Positions 1 to 8,847 are shown, numbered from the stretch's first letter. The stretch is 64,000 nt of DNA from Spirochaetales bacterium (GCA_018433865.1 JAHDQJ010000002.1:383592-447591); one strand, 5' to 3'. Made by a program: numbers and translations. Notes: generated by a model not told the origin, from the sequence alone.

Positions 1-1709
1 AGATTGATCTCGAGGATCGGGGTGCTTTCGGGCATGTCGCTCTGTCCCATCGACTTGAGTATCTGCTGCATCTGCACCGTCATGTCATTGTCATCCACGA
101 CGACGACCGCAGGGGCATCTACCAGGCGAGAGGAGACGACCACGTCCTTCACACGTTCGCCGAGCGCTTTCTTGATCTTCTTGATGACATCCTTGCCCTC
201 TTTCTTTTTCTTCTTGCTCTCATCCTTGTCCAGTTCATCGACGGCTCCCGCCTTGTTGATGGCCTGGAGCGTCTTCTCCTGGTAGGTTCCGATGGAGGGA
301 ACGACGATATCGTCGATATCATCGGTCATGAGCAGGACCTCGATGCCTTTTTTCTTGTACCCTTCCAACAGGGGCGAACGACGGATGGTCTCCTCATTCC
401 CGCCTGCGAGATAGTAAACATGCTTCTGGTCCTCTTTCATCCGCTCGACGTAGGATGCAAGGCTGGTGTAGCCTTCCACCTCGGAACTTTTGAACCTTAC
501 CAGCTCGAGCAAGTTCTCGCGGTTCGCATAATCGCTGTAGAGGCCCTCCTTGAGCGGACGGTTGAACTGATCGACGATCTTTCCATACAGCTCGGGATTC
601 TGCTCGGCGACTTTCTTCAGCTCTCCGAGGATCTTCTTCACCGATGCTGTCCGGATATTCCCCATGATCCGGTTCTGCTGGAGGATTTCCCTGCTCACGT
701 TCAGCGGCAGGTCCTCGCTGTCGATGACACCGCGGATGAACCGCAGGTAGGTGGGAAGCAATTCCTTCTCGTCATCGGTGATGTAGACCCGCTTCACATA
801 GAGTTTCACGCCCGGCTTGTAGTCGGCATGATAGAGGTCATAGGGAGCTTTCGAGGGGATATAGAAGAGTGTGGTGTAGTTGTTCGCCCCTTCAGCCTGG
901 GTGTGGATATACAAGAGGGGATCTTCCGTATCGAAGGAGGTGTTCTTGTAGAACTCATGATAATCCTCGGCGGTCAGCTCGTTCTTGGAACGTCTCCACA
1001 GGGCAGCCGCGCTGTTGATCTGTTCGACCTTGTGGGTCTTCTGCCCCTTCTTCTTCCCCTTGTCATCATACTCCTCTTCGTCATAGGAGATGAAGATGGG
1101 GAACGCGATGTGGTCGGAATAACGCTTCACCAGACGATCGAGCGTCCAACGGCTGGCATACTCATGCCCTTCCTCGTTGAGAGACAGCGTAATGGTCGTC
1201 CCCTGGCTCTCGCGCTCGGCTTCTTCGAGGGTGAACGTGCCCTTGCCGTTCGAGGACCATTTCCACGCCTCTTCCGAACCGGCTTTCCTGCTGACGACCT
1301 CGACCTTCTCGGCAACCATGAAGCTGCTGTAGAAGCCGACACCGAACTGTCCGATGAGGTTTGAATCCTTCTTCTGGTCTTCGGTGAGGTTCTTCAGGAA
1401 GTTCTTGGTCCCGGAACGGGCTATCGTTCCCAGGTCATCGGCGAGATCGTCATGGCTCATCCCGATGCCGTTGTCGCTGATCACCAAGGTCTTCCCGTGT
1501 TCCTCGTCGGTGAACGAGATGTCGATGCGCGGGGAGAACTGCAGCTCCTTGAACGCGGGATCGACCAAGGTCAGGTACTTCAGCTTGTCCAGCGCATCGG
1601 ATGCGTTGCTGATCAGTTCCCGCAAAAAGATTTCCTTATGGGAGTAGAGCGAGTGGATAATGAGGTGCAAGAGCTCAGACACCTCTGTCTTGAATTTCTT
1701 TTGTTCCAT
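1..1709 (-). CDS. htpG: Molecular chaperone HtpG (Hsp90); C-terminal end runs off the window
   Basis: Absent from the ORF track because it is open at the window edge. Reverse translation from ATG at 1709 gives MEQKKFKTEVSELLHLIIHSLYSHKEIFLRELISNASDALDKLKYL, the Hsp90 N-terminal signature. GGAGG lies 5 nt upstream. Confidence 0.9.
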   Translation of the reverse strand, partial: MEQKKFKTEVSELLHLIIHSLYSHKEIFLRELISNASDALDKLKYLTLVDPAFKELQFSPRIDISFTDEEHGKTLVISDNGIGMSHDDLADDLGTIARSGTKNFLKNLTEDQKKDSNLIGQFGVGFYSSFMVAEKVEVVSRKAGSEEAWKWSSNGKGTFTLEEAERESQGTTITLSLNEEGHEYASRWTLDRLVKRYSDHIAFPIFISYDEEEYDDKGKKKGQKTHKVEQINSAAALWRRSKNELTAEDYHEFYKNTSFDTEDPLLYIHTQAEGANNYTTLFYIPSKAPYDLYHADYKPGVKLYVKRVYITDDEKELLPTYLRFIRGVIDSEDLPLNVSREILQQNRIMGNIRTASVKKILGELKKVAEQNPELYGKIVDQFNRPLKEGLYSDYANRENLLELVRFKSSEVEGYTSLASYVERMKEDQKHVYYLAGGNEETIRRSPLLEGYKKKGIEVLLMTDDIDDIVVPSIGTYQEKTLQAINKAGAVDELDKDESKKKKKEGKDVIKKIKKALGERVKDVVVSSRLVDAPAVVVVDDNDMTVQMQQILKSMGQSDMPESTPILEIN

Positions 1710-1812
1710 GGGTTCCTCCGAATCGTGGTTGTACCAGAGATAACATAGTCAAAAATCTGCCTGTCGGCAACGTTTTGATTAACATTCAGGCCATTCTGGG
1801 CTATGCTTGGGC

Positions 1813-2970
1813 ATGCACTTCTCGCAACCGACCGCGGCGCGGCAGATCAACAGGCTCAGGACGCTCAACCTCATCGCCATGCACGAGGATCTTTCCCGTG
1901 CCGACGTGGCGAGGACGCTGGGGTTGAACAAGGTCAGCACCAGTGAGATCGTCGACCTGCTCCTTGCCGAAGGGATGATCATGGAGACGGGCACACGTGC
2001 CACCGCTGCGGGAAGACGCCCGGTATCGCTCGAGCTCAACAAGGATGCCAAGATGGTGCTGGTCCTCGACATCGGGACGAGAAACACCTCGGTGGCCCTG
2101 ATCAATCTCGCAGGGGAGATGCTCCGGTTCGAGCGCTTTCCGACGGCAAGGAAACCCTCACCTGAGCAGATGGCTGCCACGATCATCCTCCAGACACAAA
2201 AGTTCCTCTCCAGGATGAAGGATCCCGCACTCGTCAGCGGGATGGCCATATCGATCAGCGGGGAGGTGGAACCAGCCACCGGGACGATCCTCCGACAGGG
2301 CGATTGGGAATGGGAATCTGTACCCTTGGCCTTCGCCCTCTCCAAGCACCTGAAGTTTCCCTTGATCGTCGAGAACAATGTGAAGTCCATGATCCTCGGG
2401 GAACGATGGTTCGCGGATATCAACGCAGAGACCACCTATTTCTATGTGAATTGGGGTGAGCATATCGGAGCCGCCTATCTCGCAGAGGGGAAGATCCTCA
2501 GCCATGACTGTCAGTTCGGCCACATTCCCGTCGCGAGGTCGGGAACCTGCCGCTGTGGAGCGATCGGGTGCCTGGAGACGTTGGCTGCAGGGTGGGCCTT
2601 GGTGGAGAATTTTCCGCAGATCACCTCGGTGAAGCAGCTGTGCACACTCGCCGAGAACGACAGTTCTGCCGATTCCGACCTCTTGCATGCAGCCGAATCG
2701 ATGGGATTGGCCTTGGTCTCCGCCTCTGCGATCCTCATGCCGCAGCGGATCATCATCGGCGGGGGGATAGCCGCCCTGCCCGACCGCTATTTCACCGCGC
2801 TGCGTGAAACTTTCCAAAGGGCCGCTCCTCCCGTGATCCGCGAACGCACGACCATCCAGCGTACCAGTCTGGGTGAAAGGGCGGGCATCCTGGGGACCGC
2901 TGCGATGGCTCTGGATGAATTTGTCTTCAAGAGAACGTTGCTGGACCAGCTGAAACATCAGAGGGTATAA
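1813..2970 (+). CDS. ROK family transcriptional regulator (NagC/XylR-like)
   Basis: N-terminal wHTH (NRLRTLNLIAMHEDLSRADVARTLGLNKVSTSEIVDLL) plus a sugar-kinase-like fold with the CRCGAIGCLE zinc motif. Start could be TTG 1807 or ATG 1813. Confidence 0.75.
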   Translation: MHFSQPTAARQINRLRTLNLIAMHEDLSRADVARTLGLNKVSTSEIVDLLLAEGMIMETGTRATAAGRRPVSLELNKDAKMVLVLDIGTRNTSVALINLAGEMLRFERFPTARKPSPEQMAATIILQTQKFLSRMKDPALVSGMAISISGEVEPATGTILRQGDWEWESVPLAFALSKHLKFPLIVENNVKSMILGERWFADINAETTYFYVNWGEHIGAAYLAEGKILSHDCQFGHIPVARSGTCRCGAIGCLETLAAGWALVENFPQITSVKQLCTLAENDSSADSDLLHAAESMGLALVSASAILMPQRIIIGGGIAALPDRYFTALRETFQRAAPPVIRERTTIQRTSLGERAGILGTAAMALDEFVFKRTLLDQLKHQRV

Positions 2971-3000
2971 AAAAACCGCTTCCCTTTTGGGGGAAAGCGG
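2969..3000. terminator. Hairpin with an A-run on the plus strand (T-run on the minus strand)
   Basis: ccgcttccc/gggggaaagcgg stem (one bulge) directly after the ROK stop. The T7 tail is on the minus-strand side, so it may also stop the secreted-protein transcript. Confidence 0.4.
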
Positions 3001-3146
3001 CACCTCCTTCAGAGCATAAGGAGCGACCTTATCTCCATGCATCCCTGAGCAGCTTCCGCACTGCCCGAGAGCAACCACAGATTTGATTATTGCATGGTTT
3101 CATTCAGTTGAAAAGCTTTTTTTTTCGAAGTTTTCGCGTGCTTTTT

Positions 3147-3683
3147 TTATTCAACAGAAAGCGATACAAGAATATCGGATCGATAGGTATCGGTCGCCGC
3201 GGCGACCAAGGCGGCTGAGTATCCGGCATCGGTAAGACGCGCTGCAAATATCTTCGTGACCGCTGAAAGCGCACTTCCCGCACCGACTGTGATGTTCACG
3301 AAAGAGTCGCTCACACGGATGACCGGATCGTCATCGCCCTCCTCCGGCCGCTCGAGCAGCTCGAAGGCAATTTCGTCATCTATCGTATCGAGGGTACTGC
3401 GAAGCGGTTCGAACACATAGGATACCTTGAACGTGGTGGCCTCGATCGGAGGATTGTCCACCCGGAGTGTCCATGTCCCGATATCGACACCGGGATTGCC
3501 CGGCTGCATCGTCTCGGAAAGCAGGTCCACCGAACCGTCATTCAAAGGAGCGACGGAGAAATAGGGCCGGCTTTCGATGAACCCGGTGAATACGATGGTA
3601 CCGGTCTCCGCCGGTGGATCCGCAACAACCAGGGAGGAGAAGATGAACATGGTGAGGAATGTGAGAAGCAAGCTCTTTTTCAT
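3147..3683 (-). CDS. Secreted hypothetical protein, paralog A of the five-member family
   Basis: Start taken at MKKSLLL (GGAG 8 nt upstream). Signal peptide MKKSLLLTFLTMFIFSSLVVA|D. Shares blocks with 3760..4281 (GTWTLRVDN/GSWTLVTNN, SYVFEPLRS/EYVFGPLTS, C-terminal YRSDILVSLSVE). Confidence 0.7.
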   Translation of the reverse strand: MKKSLLLTFLTMFIFSSLVVADPPAETGTIVFTGFIESRPYFSVAPLNDGSVDLLSETMQPGNPGVDIGTWTLRVDNPPIEATTFKVSYVFEPLRSTLDTIDDEIAFELLERPEEGDDDPVIRVSDSFVNITVGAGSALSAVTKIFAARLTDAGYSAALVAAATDTYRSDILVSLSVE

Positions 3684-3716
3684 GTCATGTCTCCACATGC
3701 GGCACCCGATATGAGA

Positions 3717-3736
3717 AAGCACCCCGTAGGGTGCTT
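3717..3736 (-). terminator. Intercistronic hairpin between paralogs B and A
   Basis: aagcaccc-cgta-gggtgctt, an 8-bp stem followed on the minus strand by TTTCTCAT. It lies 24 nt after the stop of 3760..4281. Confidence 0.45.
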
Positions 3737-3759
3737 GATCTCATGTATAACGAAAGGAA

Positions 3760-4281
3760 TCAGGACCCGGAAGTAAGATTGATAGTGATGGTCGAAGTGA
3801 AGTCGCTTGCAGGGTCGGCAGTAGCCACAGCAGTCGTAGCGTCTGCGGTAAGCTTGACACGCACATCACGAGTCAAACTGGTATTGCCAGAGGCTGGATC
3901 ATACGTGGTTTCTCCTCCTGTAGAAAGAAAAGTGGGAGTGGTACCATTCATCTCCACAACCTGATAGGCAAGAGACTGACTGGTGGTCGCACTCGTGAGT
4001 GGCCCAAATACATATTCAAGGGTATAGGACTCGGTACCCACGTGATTGTTCGTCACGAGTGTCCAGGAACCGACCTTCACACCATTTCCGCCGCTATGTA
4101 CGTTCACATCGTCCTTCAAGTTGATGTTAACAGCGGGTGTTACTTCGGTAACAGTGAATACATGGGAAAGCTCCGGTGCCAAGATATATCCGTTCACGGT
4201 CAAGGTGCCGGTATCCAGGGCAAACAGGGATGCGCTGGCAATTATGGAAATAGCAACCAAAACAATAAGTACTTTCTTCAT
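3760..4281 (-). CDS. Secreted hypothetical protein, paralog B
   Basis: Signal peptide MKKVLIVLVAISIIASASLFA|L. GAGAGG SD upstream. Thr/Ser/Val-rich beta-type composition. C-terminus DFTSTITINLTSGS. Confidence 0.75.
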   Translation of the reverse strand: MKKVLIVLVAISIIASASLFALDTGTLTVNGYILAPELSHVFTVTEVTPAVNINLKDDVNVHSGGNGVKVGSWTLVTNNHVGTESYTLEYVFGPLTSATTSQSLAYQVVEMNGTTPTFLSTGGETTYDPASGNTSLTRDVRVKLTADATTAVATADPASDFTSTITINLTSGS

Positions 4282-4314
4282 ACATATACCTCTCTCAGCC
4301 GAAGCTGTATGTAT

Positions 4315-4343
4315 AATCTAGTACCAGTTAGCACTTATGTCAA
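4315..4343 (-). promoter_or_regulatory. Sigma70-type promoter of paralog B
   Basis: Minus strand reads ctaTTGACAtaagt, then a 17-nt spacer, then TAGATT. This predicts a leader of about 27 nt carrying the SD. Confidence 0.6.
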
Positions 4344-4598
4344 TAGATGATGTATTATTTTCATGCATTTTTTCAGATTTTCAAATATTTTATTTCTTTT
4401 CTTTATATAACATACATTTATATATTTCCAAACACTCTCAATCATGTGACATCTGAATAGAATTGGGGAGTTCATACTCCCACCATACTGATATATCGAG
4501 CTGGTATGATTGCTGCATCACGTCTCCTCATATGACAAAAGCTACAGGAGAGCCCTGCATAAGTGCATGAGAAGCGTGGTACGACTGGCGAGAGGATG

Positions 4599-5141
4599 TC
4601 AGAGGGCTTCGAGAATCAGCTGGACGGTCGTCTGATAGGCGTCAAAGGGAGGATAGGTATTGGCATCGATCCGCTGGAGGTAAACCGGTCCGTTGTTCTG
4701 CTCGGGCTTGTAGGTTCCGCCATTGCGCACCAAAGTCGCGAACACATCGCCATCATAGACCCAACCGTTGCCGTTATTGATACGGTAGGGAATCCTGACC
4801 GGCTGATCATTCACCGTCGCATTGAAGGTTCCCACGATTTCGCCACCATCGACAGTCGCATAGGCTGCAGGATGTTGGAGCCGGAGGACCAAAGCGGAAG
4901 AACTGTTTGATGAGACAGACCACTGCCCAACTTCAATACCAATCCCTCCTGCAGAAAGAAGGATATCTCCTTCATCAAGGCGAACTGCGTTGGGTAATAT
5001 ATCGAAGCTCCCTGAAAGGTCAAAGAGAGATTTCGATGCAACAACTCCACTGAGGGTCAAGGATGTAGAATCTATGGTATCGGCCACAAGTGATGACGAA
5101 AGTATGCAAAAAATCAGTATGATAGGCAGCATCTTTCTCAT
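4599..5141 (-). CDS. Secreted hypothetical protein, paralog C
   Basis: Start at MRKMLPII (GGAGGG 4-5 nt upstream). Signal peptide ends SSLVA|D. Blocks TSLTLSGVV, IEVGQWSVSSNS, and C-terminal AYQTTVQLILEAL. Confidence 0.7.
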   Translation of the reverse strand: MRKMLPIILIFCILSSSLVADTIDSTSLTLSGVVASKSLFDLSGSFDILPNAVRLDEGDILLSAGGIGIEVGQWSVSSNSSSALVLRLQHPAAYATVDGGEIVGTFNATVNDQPVRIPYRINNGNGWVYDGDVFATLVRNGGTYKPEQNNGPVYLQRIDANTYPPFDAYQTTVQLILEAL

Positions 5142-5173
5142 CCGTCCCTCCATCCTCTCAAGTTTATTGGATA

Positions 5174-5202
5174 AGTGTAATCATTCAACGGACATCTAGC
5201 AA
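5174..5202 (-). promoter_or_regulatory. Diverged promoter of paralog C
   Basis: Minus strand reads ctgTTGCTAgatgt, a 17-nt spacer, then TACACT. It matches 10 of 14 positions of the B/D/E promoter module. Confidence 0.35.
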
Positions 5203-5371
5203 CAGTCGAAATCTACACCTCCAAAACGCTATCTCTTGCATACCAAGATTAAATAATGAACTTTATTCAAAATTCTTTAATATAACAAATATTCTGACAT
5301 CATACTCTTAATGCAAACACTTTATCTTAAAAGCCATCCCCAGGCAGCATCTTTTCCAATGCCTGCTGGCC

Positions 5372-5415
5372 AAAAAAAATTGATGCCATGAGTAATATAA
5401 AACTCACGACATCAA
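5372..5415 (-). terminator. Rho-independent terminator after paralog D
   Basis: 14-bp stem (ttgatgccatgagt / actcacgacatcaa, two non-Watson-Crick positions) followed on the minus strand by T8 (plus-strand a5372-a5379). Confidence 0.6.
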
Positions 5416-5431
5416 TAATTTTGTCTTTTAT

Positions 5432-5965
5432 TTAATTTGTAGCTAAGTTAACAGTCCAAGTAGTTGAATAGGTCCCTGATTCCGCCAGATCCCAATCAGC
5501 TTTCGACATCGCAATGGTAAACTCTTTCGAGCTGAAACGCAGACCTGCCGTAGCCACAATACTATTAAGAGTTATCGGTACATCAGAAGATGAACTCAGA
5601 ACCGAAAAAGTAGAACCTCCCAACGGAGTAACAGTGTATCCAATTTTAGTAGTTACTCCCGATGCAATCATAGGATTAGCCAAGACAGTAACCGTATATG
5701 CACTATTCTTGTTTGTCATCAGATGAACTTCCAAAGATTTCGAAAGAGCAGTGTCAGTAAAAACAATCGGGGATCCGGATGTTCCAACAGGAGTAAGCTC
5801 AGCGAACTCCAACTTATTGGTTGGATCGGCAGATGGGGTAGTGATAACCACACCAAACTGGTCACCAACTGCAGTCTGTAAATATAAATTCGTAGATGCA
5901 TCATTCGCACCAAACGCCACACCGGCCACGAGAAGCACCAACAAGATTGCTAAAGCCTTTTTCAT
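5432..5965 (-). CDS. Secreted hypothetical protein, paralog D
   Basis: Start at MKKALAIL with a strong AGGAAGGAG SD. Signal peptide ends VAFG|A. C-terminus SGTYSTTWTVNLATN. Confidence 0.75.
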   Translation of the reverse strand: MKKALAILLVLLVAGVAFGANDASTNLYLQTAVGDQFGVVITTPSADPTNKLEFAELTPVGTSGSPIVFTDTALSKSLEVHLMTNKNSAYTVTVLANPMIASGVTTKIGYTVTPLGGSTFSVLSSSSDVPITLNSIVATAGLRFSSKEFTIAMSKADWDLAESGTYSTTWTVNLATN

Positions 5966-6035
5966 TTTATTCTCCTTCCTGACTATCATGTCTTTTTCGT
6001 TTTCTGTTTCAACCACCTTCCCGGTGGATGGTCAT

Positions 6036-6064
6036 ACACTACTATTACTCCAAACTTATGTCAA
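6036..6064 (-). promoter_or_regulatory. Sigma70-type promoter of paralog D
   Basis: Minus strand reads ctaTTGACAtaagt, a 17-nt spacer, then TAGTGT. The -35 module is identical to that of paralog B. Confidence 0.55.
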
Positions 6065-6281
6065 TAGATAAACAAAAAAATTTGTAGAAAATTTCAAAAA
6101 ATTTTTAAGAAATTTTTATTTTATTATTATATATTGAGTTACTCATTTATAATTCTTTTCATCTTGTGACATTTTATGTCTGTTCTGTCTGATTATTGTC
6201 CTAAGTTGGACGAATTATGCTTTATACATGCTACTTTCAGGGGTTGGAAACTGCCAGCTTATGTCAAACCTTTGTCAATCC

Positions 6282-6315
6282 GGAGAAGAAGAGGACCCGG
6301 CTTGCACCGGGTCCT
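6282..6315 (-). terminator. Terminator after the flavodoxin-like gene
   Basis: Perfect 9-bp stem aggacccgg-cttgca-ccgggtcct, followed on the minus strand by a pyrimidine-rich CTTCTTCTCC. Confidence 0.5.
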
Positions 6316-6338
6316 GACATAGTACGAAACTTCTTACA

Positions 6339-6932
6339 TCACTCGGTCTTCACATAAGAAGCGAGCGTATCAACATAGGCTGCCAGGACATCCCCGAGCT
6401 CCTGGGAAGGCCTGATCGTACTGTCCTTGCCCGCGAGGTGGACGATTCCGCTCACCGGCTGGTTAGCCCGCGCGAGATTGCCGTGCATGCCGAGCGGGAT
6501 GTGGATCAGTCCCATGGTCTGTGCATAGTGGACCAACGAGTCGATGCAGAACGCACCTTCCGCGATACTGTTGTCGCAGCTGGTGAAGCACGCGAAGTAC
6601 CGTCCCTCGAGACTCCTGTTCATTGCCAGCTCATACGTAGAATCCATGAACGCCTTCATCTCCGCCGAGACGTTTCCGAACGTCGTGGGGCACCCGAGGA
6701 TCACCATTCCGCTCTTGAGCAGGGTCGACTCATTCGCCACCGGCAGAGCCTGTATCTCTTCATAGAAGTCATTGGCAGCATCCGACTTGTTCGCCCAGAT
6801 ATGCAAATCGGCATCTTCTACCCGATAGAGCCTGGCATCTACCCCCCGCTCAACAAGAAGCTCCTGCAGGAATGTCGCGATGATGTAACTGTTTCCGTTC
6901 ACGCTGTGGACTATGATGGAACACCGATCCAT
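6339..6932 (-). CDS. Flavodoxin-like fold / NAD(P)H-dependent FMN reductase family protein
   Basis: Start at MDRCSIIVHS (GGAGGG SD). Pattern IIVHSVNGNS...VILGCPTTFGNVSAEMKAFMD is typical of WrbA/flavodoxin-like proteins. Confidence 0.6.
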   Translation of the reverse strand: MDRCSIIVHSVNGNSYIIATFLQELLVERGVDARLYRVEDADLHIWANKSDAANDFYEEIQALPVANESTLLKSGMVILGCPTTFGNVSAEMKAFMDSTYELAMNRSLEGRYFACFTSCDNSIAEGAFCIDSLVHYAQTMGLIHIPLGMHGNLARANQPVSGIVHLAGKDSTIRPSQELGDVLAAYVDTLASYVKTE

Positions 6933-6990
6933 GGCACCCTCCTCTTGGCGACGAATCGCCTTCTTGTATCCAATATACAATCTGGAGTGC

Positions 6991-7776
6991 TCAACACCAA
7001 GCGTTAAATCGTCCTTCCCGCTCGGAGAGGAAAATCCGGGTGCCGTAGGCCTCGCTGAGTAGCTCTTCCGAGAGGACATCACGCTTCGGTCCGTCCGCGA
7101 TGATCCTCCCTTGCTTCAACACCACGACCCGCCCGATCTCACCGATGATCTCCGAAAGATCGTGCGTCACCAGGATGATCGTACGCCCCTCATGCGCGAA
7201 CCGCTCGAGCGATTCACGGTAGCTCTTCTTCGCGGGAAGGTCGAGATTCGAGACTGCTTCGTCCAGGAGCATCACCTGCGGGTCGTGAACCGTCGCCCTG
7301 GCAAGGAGGACTCGCCGAGCCTCACCGGAGGAGAGCGATCGCATCGGCTTCTCGGCGAGATGCAGCACCCCTTGCTGCAGAAGGCACTTGCCGGCAGCCT
7401 CTTCCATCGCCTCGGTGACCTGATGGTGGAAATCGAGGCCGATGCTGCTGAAATACCCGGAGAGGACGATATGGCGTGCAGGATAGCTGGTCGTACAGAG
7501 ATATTGCAACGCAGCGGAAACGATTCCCATCCGCTTGCGCAGCTCCAGGACCTGCCATCGGGAGCTGCCGAAGAGGATCCGGTGACTATCGGGGGACCAC
7601 AGGGGGTGGACCTCCTCGCTCATCACCTGGACCAGCGTCGACTTCCCCGCTCCGTTGGCACCGATGATCGCCACATGCTCTCCCGCGCGAATGTCCAGGC
7701 TGACCGCATCGAGGGTGACTCTTCCGGCTCGGCGGACGGTGATGTTCTGCAAGCTGATGATCGGTTGTCCACACAT
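6991..7776 (-). CDS. Stand-alone ABC transporter ATP-binding protein (no permease partner nearby)
   Basis: Walker A GANGAGKST, signature LSSGEARR, Walker B MLLDEA, H-loop VTHD. Confidence 0.8.
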   Translation of the reverse strand: MCGQPIISLQNITVRRAGRVTLDAVSLDIRAGEHVAIIGANGAGKSTLVQVMSEEVHPLWSPDSHRILFGSSRWQVLELRKRMGIVSAALQYLCTTSYPARHIVLSGYFSSIGLDFHHQVTEAMEEAAGKCLLQQGVLHLAEKPMRSLSSGEARRVLLARATVHDPQVMLLDEAVSNLDLPAKKSYRESLERFAHEGRTIILVTHDLSEIIGEIGRVVVLKQGRIIADGPKRDVLSEELLSEAYGTRIFLSEREGRFNAWC

Positions 7777-7780
7777 GAGA

Positions 7781-7818
7781 AAGCCTCCGTCAGTCCAGCA
7801 TACGGAAGGCGGAGGCTT
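7781..7818 (-). promoter_or_regulatory. Hairpin whose 3' arm contains the SD of the ABC ATPase gene
   Basis: aagcctccg / cggaggctt 9-bp stem. On the minus-strand RNA the GGAGG in the 3' arm sits 8 nt before ATG 7776. Confidence 0.4.
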
Positions 7819-7838
7819 CTTGCAAGCGCAGAGTGTAC

Positions 7839-8615
7839 TCAGGCGAGGGCGAACTTGCTCGTTTTCTCTGCGTGGGCGGAGATCTTCTTCTTCAGATCGG
7901 TGAGGTTCACCAGCACCAAGGCGACCGCGAGATCGGTCTGGCCATTTTGCAACGCCTCAGCAATGTACTGGTACTCACGGACCTTCTTCTCATACTCCTC
8001 GTAGCTCATCGCGGAGTAGGCCAGGCTCTCGTCGAGCAGGGGGGAGAGGTTCTCGTAGATCGCATCGAGTATGATGTTGTCATTGGAACGGACGAGGACC
8101 TTGTGGAACTCGCCTTCGCTGACGCGGAATTCTTCGATCGCTTTCGACTCACGTGCCTGGATACCCCGCAGCGCCTTCTCCATCCGATCGGAGGTGACAC
8201 GGAGGTCCTTGACGATCTCCTTCCTGCGAGGGTTGCGCGAGAAATCGCGGGCAGCGGAGACTTCGACGCTGGTACGGACCTGCACGAGGTCGAGCATCAG
8301 CTTGGTATCGCTGCTTCCGCCACGAAGGATCGAATCGGTGAGAGACTCGACGAACTGATCAAGATTGTTGCACTTCACACAGGCACGCCTGCCCTGGCTT
8401 ACCGTGAGCAGACCCTTGGCCTCAAGCTGCTTGAATGCCTCCCGGATCGACCGGGAACTCGCATCGAACTTCTGTGCAAGCTCCTGCTGCGAGGGCAACA
8501 GCTCCCCCGCACTCAATTGTTTTGAGAGGATCAGGTCTTCCAGATAATTTGCAATCCGTGCCGATTTCGTGCGGCCGGGCAGTTTGTGTTGGGGAATCCT
8601 TTCGATGGTGTCCAA
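7839..8615 (-). CDS. GntR family transcriptional regulator with FCD (FadR-type) C-terminal domain, copy 1
   Basis: wHTH block LPSQQELAQKFDASSRSIREAFKQLEAKGLLTVSQGRRACV. TTG start with AGGAGG upstream. Confidence 0.85.
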   Translation of the reverse strand: MDTIERIPQHKLPGRTKSARIANYLEDLILSKQLSAGELLPSQQELAQKFDASSRSIREAFKQLEAKGLLTVSQGRRACVKCNNLDQFVESLTDSILRGGSSDTKLMLDLVQVRTSVEVSAARDFSRNPRRKEIVKDLRVTSDRMEKALRGIQARESKAIEEFRVSEGEFHKVLVRSNDNIILDAIYENLSPLLDESLAYSAMSYEEYEKKVREYQYIAEALQNGQTDLAVALVLVNLTDLKKKISAHAEKTSKFALA

Positions 8616-8640
8616 CTTCCTGGACCTCCTGATTTTGATA

Positions 8641-8676
8641 ACTTATGACAGAATACATTTTGGTGTTGTCATAAGT
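8641..8676. promoter_or_regulatory. Perfect 10-bp inverted repeat (candidate GntR operator)
   Basis: ACTTATGACA-N16-TGTCATAAGT, located between the predicted promoter and the start codon of GntR copy 1. Confidence 0.5.
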
Positions 8677-8685
8677 AAAAACGAT

Positions 8686-8714
8686 ATCTTACTAAAATAG
8701 TGTACTACATTCAA
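8686..8714 (-). promoter_or_regulatory. Promoter of GntR copy 1
   Basis: Minus strand reads TTGAAT, a 17-nt spacer, then TAAGAT. Confidence 0.5.
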
Positions 8715-8817
8715 GTTCTTTTGGCAAGTGCCACTAATAACGAATTATCTGATGACATGAGTATGGAATAAGTATGACATCACTTCATACAAATAAGACA
8801 ATCCCCATACAATACGA

Positions 8818-8847
8818 ATGACGCTTGGAATTGCTTCCAAGCGTCAT
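8818..8847 (-). terminator. Terminator after GntR copy 2
   Basis: Perfect 12-bp stem atgacgcttgga-attgct-tccaagcgtcat, 25 nt downstream of the stop at 8872, followed by a T-rich TCGTATTGTAT. Confidence 0.6.

Noticed and set aside
420-1364. 314-aa plus-strand ORF at the left edge
   Set aside because: It is antisense to htpG, whose Hsp90 signature is unambiguous on the minus strand.
1710-1812. CIRCE element or sigma-32 promoter upstream of htpG
   Set aside because: No TTAGCACTC-N9-GAGTGCTAA-like inverted repeat and no CTTGAA...CCCCAT pattern is visible. Only a weak TTGACT with no matching -10.
3100-3146. AT-rich quasi-palindrome right after paralog A (gaaaagcttttttttt cgaagttttc)
   Set aside because: The stem is short, AT-only and mismatched. 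It is not convincing as a terminator. The stronger hairpin at 2976-3000 is reported instead.
6258-6278. Extra TTGACATAAG / TTGACA copies as a functional promoter
   Set aside because: No acceptable -10 lies at 16-18 nt and no gene lies directly downstream. They are treated as decayed copies or possible binding sites within the promoter-module finding.
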